From a virus (Duplodnaviria > Caudoviricetes), in IMG/VR virus record IMGVR_UViG_3300021963_000003, positions 17 through 64,016 of that record: a stretch of 64,000 bases of DNA; one strand, 5' to 3'. The position numbers and the translations under genes are program-made. Positions 21,289 through 29,949 of the stretch are shown in pieces. How positions within the stretch are numbered: the stretch's first letter is position 1; each line of letters opens with the position of its first letter. The notes beneath the pieces were generated by a model that was not told the DNA's origin, ran no database searches, and was given only the letters and a program-made list of their open reading frames with translations.

Positions 21289-21962
21289 TATCGTTCGTCA
21301 TTTGACTGGTTAGCGTCCTTAATTTGTTCTGTCTGAAGAAGTATAGGACTGTCCAAAGTTACTCCCAAGTACATTAATGTTCTTGCGTAGATGTCTCCTA
21401 AGAATCTATCTGAGATATCTAAATCTACAGAACCTCCTCCAGCATATGTTATATTACCATTAGGTGCAGTAAAATTAAAAACTGCCGTAGTAGGCTTCTT
21501 TACATACACAAGTGTGTAATCCAAAGTTCCCGAAACGGGAACAGGGGCAAACTGAATCTTAGCAGTATTTGCACTATCCATAAAAATAGTTGCCGCAGGA
21601 TATGAAGTAGATGGGGTTAATATCTTTGAGTTTGTTATCTCTAGGAACTCATCCCAATTGTACAATGTCCCTTCAACTAGGTTACCGCTAACCGTTAAAT
21701 AAACAGTCAATCCTTCTAAGTAGTCAGCAGGCAAGTTTTGTGTCCCATTTCCTGAAGTTACTGAAAAAGAAGTTCTCTTAGTTAGCAAGTGGTCGTAGTC
21801 AAATTTCTTTGTCTTCTTATACTTAAAAACAATAGCCGAAATCCAATCGGAAACAGCTCTGTTTAGATACAAGTCTATATCTGACGGAGACACGAATCCA
21901 GCCCTATTCTTTTTTAGAATGCTTCTAATAAACTTATGTGCCTCTTCAATTGAAACTGCCAT
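21288..21962 (-). CDS. Head-tail adaptor/ring protein (P22 gp4-like, crAss-type)
   Basis: K...G.VSP.DIDLYLNRA, LPADYL and Y.KKP motifs. Confidence 0.7.
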   Translation of the reverse strand: MAVSIEEAHKFIRSILKKNRAGFVSPSDIDLYLNRAVSDWISAIVFKYKKTKKFDYDHLLTKRTSFSVTSGNGTQNLPADYLEGLTVYLTVSGNLVEGTLYNWDEFLEITNSKILTPSTSYPAATIFMDSANTAKIQFAPVPVSGTLDYTLVYVKKPTTAVFNFTAPNGNITYAGGGSVDLDISDRFLGDIYARTLMYLGVTLDSPILLQTEQIKDANQSNDER

Positions 21963-21985
21963 ATTATTATTCTTTTAATTTAGAC

Positions 21986-22017
21986 CAAAGTTAATGATTT
22001 TTTGTTATATACGACAA
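21986..22017 (-). promoter_or_regulatory. Bacteroidota sigmaA promoter for the tail operon
   Basis: TTG-N21-TAACTTTG on the minus strand. Confidence 0.6.
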
Positions 22018-22072
22018 TCCCTCAACTCATAGAATCAAGGGATTGCTAAAATATTAATGAAAAAACTATTTA

Positions 22073-22210
22073 CTATTTGCCCTGACCTGCGTAAGGCTTT
22101 CTGTAGTTCTTGCTACCCTTTGACGAGGATGTCTTTGTCTTTGCGTGAATACCCTTGTTATTCTTCTTGGGCTTACTCTTAAATATTGTTACGTTTAGTG
22201 CCTTTGCCAT
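22073..22210 (-). CDS. 45-aa lysine-rich protein (below ORF-track cutoff)
   Basis: MAKALNVTIFKSKPKKNNKGIHAKTKTSSSKGSKNYRKPYAGQGK. Confidence 0.7.
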   Translation of the reverse strand: MAKALNVTIFKSKPKKNNKGIHAKTKTSSSKGSKNYRKPYAGQGK

Positions 22211-22219
22211 AAGTTTAAA

Positions 22220-22696
22220 TTATCTCCCAAATATATACTTAAAGTATAAGAATCCAATGATTAATAAACTCTCTAATATAAATGCAGTAACTAGCCACGA
22301 TGGGTAGGTTACTTTTGTAATAATTTTTGCAGAATTGGTGACGTTAGAAGTTTCCATATAACGATACTTTTTCTCATATACACTTCTAATAGAGTCGATG
22401 TTTACGGTGGCTTGAATCTTGCCTCTGTAAGACCTTATAATTATCTTTCCTTGTGGTAGTGTTATCTTGCTATAGAAAGTCGTTAAGATGCCAGCAGAAT
22501 CGCAAGGATTGTCTATAGTTAGCGTGTCGTGGATAGCGTTAAATTTAACGATTGTTCTTTCGTTTATAATCGTATCAATGCGTATCTTTTCGGATACAAC
22601 TGTTACTACCTTAGATGGCTTGCAAGAACCAAGAAATATGATAAATAATAGTAAGTAAATCGGTAAACTTCCGAATTTGGCTAGTTTATTTTCCAT
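22220..22696 (-). CDS. Putative unimolecular spanin-like lipoprotein
   Basis: Signal peptide with LGSC lipobox, beta-rich middle, C-terminal TM helix; follows the endolysin. Confidence 0.65.
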   Translation of the reverse strand: MENKLAKFGSLPIYLLLFIIFLGSCKPSKVVTVVSEKIRIDTIINERTIVKFNAIHDTLTIDNPCDSAGILTTFYSKITLPQGKIIIRSYRGKIQATVNIDSIRSVYEKKYRYMETSNVTNSAKIITKVTYPSWLVTAFILESLLIIGFLYFKYIFGR

Positions 22697-22726
22697 AATT
22701 TGTCAAATTTTGATAATTATTTTCCA

Positions 22727-23146
22727 TTATATTTTTGATAGTTGAAAGTGCATACCATCTTTTCTTTTCCATATTCCGCCCCAATCAAATCCTGAGCTTG
22801 TAAAGCATTCTACAAACTCTTTAGATAATTTAGGCATTTGATTAAGTCCGTTTTCAAAAGCGTTTACGTCCACAGCCAAACCCCACGAGTGTAAGCTCAT
22901 AGAACTCAAGCCTCGCTTCTTTCTAATATTAAAGCATCCATCCCACGTCTTTAATTCATTGACACAATTAGTGTCTATGAGTTTTTTAAATGCGTTAGAT
23001 AATGGAACAACCATATCCTTATTACAATAAATACGCTTAGGAATTACTCCTATCTCTAGTTCGCTTGGTACGTCCCACAGGACCATATTCGGGTTGCTCG
23101 CACTCGGCATCCCATACTTCTTCATTGCTTGTTGGCTCGTAATCAT
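22727..23146 (-). CDS. Endolysin, M15-family peptidase
   Basis: GCFNIR, SLHSWGLAVDVN, WGG.W...DGMHFQ motifs; start placed at MITSQQ. Confidence 0.9.
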   Translation of the reverse strand: MITSQQAMKKYGMPSASNPNMVLWDVPSELEIGVIPKRIYCNKDMVVPLSNAFKKLIDTNCVNELKTWDGCFNIRKKRGLSSMSLHSWGLAVDVNAFENGLNQMPKLSKEFVECFTSSGFDWGGIWKRKDGMHFQLSKI

Positions 23147-23333
23147 TTTGTTTTGAAAATTTAGATGCGGTAGCATTAATTAACGATGCTGATATAATAA
23201 TTGCCATTAGGTTCTGTAAACCACTATTGTCAGGATAATATATAAAAGCCCCGAAAATAACAAAAGACCCAATTATAGAAATGAGCCTTGTGTGAGAATA
23301 TACTTTTTTATGTTTAAAGAAATCAGTCAACAT
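23037..23333 (-). CDS. Putative holin/antiholin (2 TM) overlapping the endolysin
   Basis: MLTDFF..S.TRL start, two hydrophobic segments; C-terminal tail overlaps the endolysin gene by 110 nt. Confidence 0.5.
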   Translation of the reverse strand: MLTDFFKHKKVYSHTRLISIIGSFVIFGAFIYYPDNSGLQNLMAIIISASLINATASKFSKQNDYEPTSNEEVWDAECEQPEYGPVGRTKRTRDRSNS

Positions 23334-23520
23334 CTTTCTTAGTCTTGAGAACTTCTTCTGTTTTATGATAATAGTATCTAATAGCAAACGAACCTGATAT
23401 AATTGCAACTACTCCCGCTATAATTCCTACAAAACTTTGAATACTTGCTAGGGAAACTGCGGCACTAATTAAACTAAGAGCTACGTTTACTATTCCTGTT
23501 TCTGGACTACTATTATTCAT
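23323..23520 (-). CDS. Putative holin
   Basis: 65 aa, two TM segments, charged C-terminus. Confidence 0.6.
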   Translation of the reverse strand: MNNSSPETGIVNVALSLISAAVSLASIQSFVGIIAGVVAIISGSFAIRYYYHKTEEVLKTKKDVD

Positions 23521-23540
23521 TTATCTTGTAAGTTATGATA

Positions 23541-23571
23541 CAAAGATAAACCACTTTAATCCTATCTCAAA
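23541..23571 (-). promoter_or_regulatory. Bacteroidota sigmaA promoter for the lysis cassette
   Basis: TTTG-N19-TATCTTTG on the minus strand. Confidence 0.7.
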
Positions 23572-23696
23572 ATCTTTTTATAGGTAATCTCCCAATCTTT
23601 TTGGAATCTCCAAATATTATACACTAGGAAGGCGATAAAACTTACGCATACCGCCCCCCAAAATATAGCAAACCAAATTAGTTGGTTATCAGTCAT
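23562..23696 (-). CDS. 44-aa single-TM protein (below ORF-track cutoff)
   Basis: MTDNQLIWFAIFWGAVCVSFIAFLVYNIWRFQKDWEITYKKILR. Confidence 0.5.
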   Translation of the reverse strand: MTDNQLIWFAIFWGAVCVSFIAFLVYNIWRFQKDWEITYKKILR

Positions 23697-24138
23697 TATC
23701 TTTAGCCAAGTATTCCTTAACTAATTTGAATACTAAGTTGTAATTCCCTTCAGAATCAATCTTCTCTAAGTCGCTTACAGTCAAAGGATTGTATTCAACC
23801 TCTTCTTCTTCAGATAACAACTTAGCCCACTCGTCTTGGAATTCAATAAACTTAGGGTTAACCTTTGTTTTCTCTTCGTCTAAGAATGTTTCGATTCCGA
23901 TACTCCCATCCTTCTCTTCGCCAAACTTCTTGATAAGTTCGTCACGCAAAGTTTCGATAGTTTTCTTCTTAGCAGTTAACTTATCAGATAACTTTGTTAG
24001 CCAATACTTAGTAGCTAAGTTCAATTTCTCTTTAAGAAATCCTGATAAAATTTGTTCTCCTGATTGAGGATTTACATAGCCATTTAACTCGGCTTCTAAT
24101 GTTAGCAATTCTGCTAATGACAATTTAATCTTTTCCAT
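23689..24138 (-). CDS. Conserved phage hypothetical protein (helical, acidic)
   Basis: 149-aa ORF with a TATATTTG element upstream at 24160-24167. Confidence 0.6.
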   Translation of the reverse strand: MEKIKLSLAELLTLEAELNGYVNPQSGEQILSGFLKEKLNLATKYWLTKLSDKLTAKKKTIETLRDELIKKFGEEKDGSIGIETFLDEEKTKVNPKFIEFQDEWAKLLSEEEEVEYNPLTVSDLEKIDSEGNYNLVFKLVKEYLAKDND

Positions 24139-24170
24139 TCTGTTTGATTTAAAATTTTACAAATATAATA

Positions 24171-24434
24171 TTAATTCTCCCATTTTTCTAACGGGCACTT
24201 TTGTTCTTTTGGACTATCTACGGGTGTATATATCTTACCTTGCAAGGGGCATCCACAGCTACCACATAAGAAGTAGTTATTAACTAGTCCTCCTGTCATA
24301 TTCTTTACGTCAACCTCCTGTAGTGATGGGCAAGTAGAACAAACCGCAGAACGCTTGTCAGCTAATTCTTTCTGTTCGTCTGTATGAAAAACGGCTATAC
24401 CCCAAGCCTTTGCAATCATTAGAAATTTATTCAT
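24171..24434 (-). CDS. Small Cys-rich (Zn-binding) phage protein
   Basis: R...CxxC, CxxCGCPL, CP..KW motifs; two TAnnTTTG elements upstream (24455, 24478). Confidence 0.65.
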   Translation of the reverse strand: MNKFLMIAKAWGIAVFHTDEQKELADKRSAVCSTCPSLQEVDVKNMTGGLVNNYFLCGSCGCPLQGKIYTPVDSPKEQKCPLEKWEN

Positions 24435-24503
24435 CTCTCTTTTGTTTGGTTGTGCAAATGTAATCTGTTTTGTTGTGCAAATATAAGAATAAAAACAATA
24501 ATA

Positions 24504-27344
24504 TTAACAAGTGTATGCTTCTTGTACACTAGCTCCGTTACCGTAGTTGCTTATGGATACCGAATACTCATTTACGCAAGGAGTCTGTCCAATAACTCCC
24601 GAAGAGTTAGCGTAGAAACTAAAGTACCCTAGACCACCATTACAGTAAGTAAAAGAACCATCAACGTAGTATCCCTCGTCATAAGCAATGATGTCATATA
24701 CCTTACATACCTGAATAGCTGTACAAGAACCTACTGCATTAGCATTGTTCTGCCCGTCGTTAGGGAAGTTAGCGTCAGCCGTTGCGTTAGCTCCTGCTTG
24801 ATTAAGTATTCCTGTGTACGAGTAAGTGTTTGAGTAATTAACTACCCCTCCAACATATCCCGCCCCGCAGTTATTTCTTGTAAAGTTTTGACTTTTGTAA
24901 GCATAGAATGTACAAGGGTCTCCTCCGAATTCATTAGATGTGAATTGTACCTCGTCTGCTCCATTTCTATATTGGTATTGGTCTCCGCCTCCACATCCAT
25001 TTGTATCTTCGTATACGTTGTAATTTGTTCCATTAAAGCATCTAACTCCTCTAGATATACCATAACTACTATTTGTGTTGCAACCTCCTCTTGATGGCTC
25101 TGTCGTTCCTACGCTAGCTCCATTAACAATGTATCGCCCACCTGTTCCAGAACATCTATTTCCGTCATAATATACTGTAAATGTTGTGCAGTTTACGCAA
25201 GTATCATAACCTGTAGGAGAAAGTTCTTGTGAGCCTGCGTCGCAACCACAGTTGATTCTATTTGTAGCCCCTGTAGCAACTCCATTACAATTATATTTCT
25301 GTACAAACACCTTGTCTCTATTGTCGCAAACAAAATCTGTATAGTATGTACCTTGACAATTTTGATTACAACCGCAAGAATTGTATTCTGTTGGTGTTGT
25401 ATTTCTATAAGAACCATCGCAGGTATTTCTTTCTCTGTTGCCTAAGTAATTACATCCATCGCAAACAGGGTCTGCAACAAAACAACAACAAGTTCCGTTA
25501 GCGTTAGCAAAGTTCTGCCCGTTAGCGTTTACGTTTGCTACTGCCATATTATAAGCAGCCGATGCTGCAGAAGCTACCGCTGCTTCGCAAGATGTTGTAG
25601 ACACAGCAGAAGCATACTGAGTAGGAGATGGGTAATTTACAGTTCCATTACCATAGCAGTTAGCTCCACAGTTATTCCTAGTAAAGTTAGCATCATAGTT
25701 GCCCGTTATATTAGATGCAGTCCAAGTACAGAATCCTTCTGCATTAAACTTTGCTTGCAAGCCTGCTTCATAAGCAGCGTTTGATATATTTTGTGCTTGA
25801 GTATTTGCGTCTGTTTGAGAAATAGTTGATGTGTATGTCCCCGTTGTTGTATAAGAAGGATATCCTGCCTGATTTAAATAAACAGTACTTCCTGCTACAC
25901 TTGTCTGAGGATAGCAATTATTAGTACAATTTAACTTAGTTCCTACTGATGGCAGAGTTGTAGTAGCATTTCCTACAAAAGTACAAGCTCCGTTAGAAGG
26001 TGGGGTGGTTCCTACACTTACATTATTTACATAATAATGGTCTATAGTAGTAGAGTTAACATTTGTATCCCTAAAAACCTCATACGTTACTCCAGAAGAA
26101 CAAGTGTAAGACCCTTGTGGTGTTAATGTAGGAGTTCTCTTAAAGTCAATGTAGTTAGTCTTAGTGGCACTTGTAGCAAAAGAGTTGGTTCCAGATACAC
26201 TTGCAGTATTACTAATATTAGTATTTTCTGATGTAGCCCTTACTTTTATTTTAATAGGATAGCTGCCTTGATAAACAACGCTGTTAGCATTTGCATTTAC
26301 AGTAACAGTTTGCCCTGATACAGTTGCAGTCCATCCTGGGGGTATTTCAGCAATAGAGACAAATGTTACTCCTGATGGTAAAACGTCGGTAAACACTACC
26401 CCCGTTGCAGCAACTGTACTAGAGTTAGAAATTACTATTGAGTAGTCAAACTCTTGATTAAATGTTATTGTTGTTGGATATGGGTTTGTCTTTGTTATTG
26501 TTAAAGACGCATAATTCAAACTAATATAAAAGTCGGAGCTTAGTGGCTTATTAATAGCATACGGAGTTGTTGATACCGTTGGTAAATAAACTATAGCAGG
26601 CGGAGGTGCTCCATTGTCCCAACCTGAATTCAAATAAGAAGTCATCAATACGCTTATATGATAAGCGGTAGGATTGTTTACTATATCGTACCCAAATACT
26701 TGTGCTGTAATAGTAATGGTTAAAGTGTTACCAACCAATGTAGCAGCTGTACTTGGTGTCATAACACTACCATTTTTAAGATGAAGCACTATAGGCTGCC
26801 CTCCTGACAAAACACAAGACAATCCGTTTGGAATTGTTAATGTAAACACAACGTTGCCTTGTGTGACTAATGGACCTGTATTTAAAAAATGGAATGCGTA
26901 ATAGAATTGTTGTCCAATTGTATAGTTAGATGCCTGACTTCCTAATGAACCAGAAGAGGTTTGAGATACCCTATATCCTGTGCTATTAAAGTTAGCTTTA
27001 TTGTTATTACTTAAAATATTATACGCAGCTGGCAATATAGTCCTTGCCTCGTAACCGATGTTGGGTCTAAAGGATACTATATCTCTTCTTGCAATTAATT
27101 GTTTAGCTGTCTTTGCGTAAAAATAAGGAGCGGTACTTGTGCTATCAAGATAAACTACTCCCGCTATCCTTTCCTTAGTTAAAGTTTTTTTAGCATTACC
27201 TGTTGCAACCCAAGTTCCGCCCGTATATGTTGCAATATTTGATATATTGACATTTGGAACTAGTTTTTCATCATTAACTGCGTCGATAACATTCTCGTCA
27301 GTAATGATTTTTAACGCAGGAATGGTATCCCAATTAGTTGGCAT
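24504..27344 (-). CDS. Cys-rich adhesin/tail-associated protein with DUF11 Ig-like and DUF5977-like repeats
   Basis: LTITKT..ATGVVFTDVLPSGVTFVS; repeated FTRNNCG...GQN.ANA.G.C. Confidence 0.7.
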   Translation of the reverse strand: MPTNWDTIPALKIITDENVIDAVNDEKLVPNVNISNIATYTGGTWVATGNAKKTLTKERIAGVVYLDSTSTAPYFYAKTAKQLIARRDIVSFRPNIGYEARTILPAAYNILSNNNKANFNSTGYRVSQTSSGSLGSQASNYTIGQQFYYAFHFLNTGPLVTQGNVVFTLTIPNGLSCVLSGGQPIVLHLKNGSVMTPSTAATLVGNTLTITITAQVFGYDIVNNPTAYHISVLMTSYLNSGWDNGAPPPAIVYLPTVSTTPYAINKPLSSDFYISLNYASLTITKTNPYPTTITFNQEFDYSIVISNSSTVAATGVVFTDVLPSGVTFVSIAEIPPGWTATVSGQTVTVNANANSVVYQGSYPIKIKVRATSENTNISNTASVSGTNSFATSATKTNYIDFKRTPTLTPQGSYTCSSGVTYEVFRDTNVNSTTIDHYYVNNVSVGTTPPSNGACTFVGNATTTLPSVGTKLNCTNNCYPQTSVAGSTVYLNQAGYPSYTTTGTYTSTISQTDANTQAQNISNAAYEAGLQAKFNAEGFCTWTASNITGNYDANFTRNNCGANCYGNGTVNYPSPTQYASAVSTTSCEAAVASAASAAYNMAVANVNANGQNFANANGTCCCFVADPVCDGCNYLGNRERNTCDGSYRNTTPTEYNSCGCNQNCQGTYYTDFVCDNRDKVFVQKYNCNGVATGATNRINCGCDAGSQELSPTGYDTCVNCTTFTVYYDGNRCSGTGGRYIVNGASVGTTEPSRGGCNTNSSYGISRGVRCFNGTNYNVYEDTNGCGGGDQYQYRNGADEVQFTSNEFGGDPCTFYAYKSQNFTRNNCGAGYVGGVVNYSNTYSYTGILNQAGANATADANFPNDGQNNANAVGSCTAIQVCKVYDIIAYDEGYYVDGSFTYCNGGLGYFSFYANSSGVIGQTPCVNEYSVSISNYGNGASVQEAYTC

Positions 27345-29577
27345 TTAATTTTCTTTCTAGTTCTGCAATACGCTTCTGTAAAGATAATATAAGTAGTGTA
27401 TGTGTGTCTGTATAGTTAACAGATAAATATCCTTCGGCATCTGTGTTAACTAACTCAGGACATAAATCGTGTACCTCTTGAGCTGAGTATCCGTAACGAA
27501 TCTTATCTTTATCGTGGGTAGTTCTTAGATACTTAATTACATCTAATTTAGACAAATCTACGTTAGGATTTTCTCCTAGTACCGTCTTTAGTCGAATGTC
27601 AGAAGATTCAAAGAATGCATTTGCTGTGATAACAAATCCTGTAGCGTTTGAACCTATCGCACAAACTTGTGCTAATGAAGGAACTGCCCCTGCTGTAGAG
27701 TTTATTGTTACTACTCCCGAACTATTACTAATTGTTATTCCTGTCCCTTCTACAATAGAGGTAACTACATTTGCATAATAAGGAATACTTAATGCTCCTG
27801 TGGCGGAGTTAAATGTTGCTTGTACGCTTCCTGATGTAATTAAGGGGGTAGTTAATGTAATAGTTGCTTGCTTACCATTAAAGGTAGTCCAATCAGTTGA
27901 AGATAAGTACCCATTTGTTGAAGTAGTTGCCTGAGTAATTGATATTGCATTAGTAGTTCTAACTAACGGAGCAGTAAATGTTAATACACTTTCTTTTCCA
28001 TTAAATGTATTCCAATCGGTACTTGAAAGATAGCCATTAGAAGACGTTGTGGCTTGCGATATACTATATAATCCATTTGAATAAGATAATGGAGCAGTCG
28101 CACTAAATAGCTCCTTAATCGAAGTGCTCGTTCCGTTATAAGGAGTATAACCTAAAGCATTAGTAACGTCAGACGATACTAACGAAACATCCCCTGTTCT
28201 ACCAAATACACTTGTAACCGTATCTGTAAACGAGGCAGTTAACGTAGTTCCGTTCTGCTTAGTTAATGTTATTGTCTTTGTTGTTGTACCGCCTACAGCT
28301 AACGTTATAGCAGACCTGTCATACGCTGTATTCCAATTAGAGATGTTAGTATTAGTAATACCAAACGAAGGGGATGCTGTAAAGATTGGGTCTGTCTCAG
28401 CGTTAGAAATTTGCTGATAAGTAATATTAGTTGTCCCAATAGTTATAGCAGTTAGGTTTGTATTTCCGTACCTAACGTTAATAAAAGTACCTGCTGTAAT
28501 TAAGTACTGATAGCCTCTAAGTTCTGCGTCAGTATCTGAATCTGTAGACCTTGTCCAACCTCCCGACGCTGCGTCATAGACACCGTTCTCAGTAGCATTT
28601 GTTTGCCCTATAACAAGGATTCTATCTCCCGCTATAGGAGTATATCCATTGACAGCAGAAAGTCCGCTAAGACCAACGTTTGAGGTTGCTACGGTCTTGA
28701 TAGAAGCTCCAAGTCTTAATCCTGTTAAGACGGTGTCGTCAACGTACTGCTTAGAGGCTGCGTGGGTTGCATCTACAGGTGTTACAGGAACATTTACGTT
28801 TGAGGTATATGTCCAAGTGTTGTTAGCTGTAATGCCCGCTGCGTTGCCAATAACAGGAGTAATTAAACTTGTTGAAGCTCTTACTGTACCGTTAACATCT
28901 AATGTGTAAGCGGGAGTATTTGTTAGAATACCTAACCTATTGTTGGTATCATTCCAAAAGAAATGGGCAGGGTCTGAGGCTAAGGTAGTTCCGTCTGAGA
29001 ACAGTACTGAGCCAGTCACAGGCATTGTAAAGGTTGTAACTAAGCCCGTATCGCCAATACCAAGTATCCTTGTCTTTGTAGTGGGTGTAACAGGAATTAA
29101 CCCCGCAATGATAAGCGAGAATAAGTTAATAATATTAAGCTTAGTAGCGTCTCCTAAGTAGATAGTCTTTAGAGTAGAACTTGCGGAGGCTACTAGTAGG
29201 CTATTTATCCTGTACCCGTTAGGTAAGCTAGATGAGCCTATGTTAATTGAGTCTCCCTTTACGTCTAATAGGTAAGAAGGTGACTTTGTATTTAACCCGA
29301 TTTTGTTAGCGTTCTGATATGCAACAGAATTGATTAAGTTATCTTGGGAGGCGTTAGCCATCGTAAGATAATTAGGGTCTGCCTCTATAGCTACGCTTGT
29401 CTCAATGGTAGTGTTAATAACTTCCGCTTTAGGTTGCTTTCCTGAAGGGATTACAACGGGGGCAGAGACTACAGTAGTGGTGGTTGCTGATATAAAGTCA
29501 GATACGGGAACAGATACTACTGCCCCCGCATTGTCAACCATCATAATTGAAACTATATTATCGGGTATTTTTGCCAT
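27334..29577 (-). CDS. Tail fibre with C-terminal S74 intramolecular chaperone
   Basis: T/S/G-rich; AASKQYVD, GDRILV..Q...ENGVY, SDIRLK..GYSAQEV..PELV..SVNY. Confidence 0.85.
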   Translation of the reverse strand: MAKIPDNIVSIMMVDNAGAVVSVPVSDFISATTTTVVSAPVVIPSGKQPKAEVINTTIETSVAIEADPNYLTMANASQDNLINSVAYQNANKIGLNTKSPSYLLDVKGDSINIGSSSLPNGYRINSLLVASASSTLKTIYLGDATKLNIINLFSLIIAGLIPVTPTTKTRILGIGDTGLVTTFTMPVTGSVLFSDGTTLASDPAHFFWNDTNNRLGILTNTPAYTLDVNGTVRASTSLITPVIGNAAGITANNTWTYTSNVNVPVTPVDATHAASKQYVDDTVLTGLRLGASIKTVATSNVGLSGLSAVNGYTPIAGDRILVIGQTNATENGVYDAASGGWTRSTDSDTDAELRGYQYLITAGTFINVRYGNTNLTAITIGTTNITYQQISNAETDPIFTASPSFGITNTNISNWNTAYDRSAITLAVGGTTTKTITLTKQNGTTLTASFTDTVTSVFGRTGDVSLVSSDVTNALGYTPYNGTSTSIKELFSATAPLSYSNGLYSISQATTSSNGYLSSTDWNTFNGKESVLTFTAPLVRTTNAISITQATTSTNGYLSSTDWTTFNGKQATITLTTPLITSGSVQATFNSATGALSIPYYANVVTSIVEGTGITISNSSGVVTINSTAGAVPSLAQVCAIGSNATGFVITANAFFESSDIRLKTVLGENPNVDLSKLDVIKYLRTTHDKDKIRYGYSAQEVHDLCPELVNTDAEGYLSVNYTDTHTLLILSLQKRIAELERKLNAN

Positions 29578-29948
29578 TATACTGTAGGTGTTGGTTCTAC
29601 AATTGGTTCTTCAACGATAGGAGCTTCTACTACAGGAACCCAAGGCAAGTGTTTAACCACCACAGGCGGATTGATTTGATTATCAATATCCTGCTGTAGT
29701 CCTGCATCAATAGATGCTGTATCGAGCCCATTTTCCAACCAGCCACATACTTGCTCAAATGTCAAGTCAGGATAGGCAGTAAAGTCTGTCTCAGAAGGAG
29801 TGGCACACCCCATTGTTCCATAAGAATACGCTGTGTATTCTCCTTCTACTGCTGTTCTACCATAGTGAACTGTGATAACCACATCAGTAAGTCCGTCGAG
29901 AGTCGGAGCTGTATCAAGTTGATATACGCTCCAAAAAAAGTTTGTCAT
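29577..29948 (-). CDS. Tail-fibre-associated protein (DUF7936-like)
   Basis: F..Y.DLT.EQV.GW...I..QINPP....LPW pattern. Confidence 0.65.
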   Translation of the reverse strand: MTNFFWSVYQLDTAPTLDGLTDVVITVHYGRTAVEGEYTAYSYGTMGCATPSETDFTAYPDLTFEQVCGWLENGLDTASIDAGLQQDIDNQINPPVVVKHLPWVPVVEAPIVEEPIVEPTPTV

Positions 29949-29949
29949 A

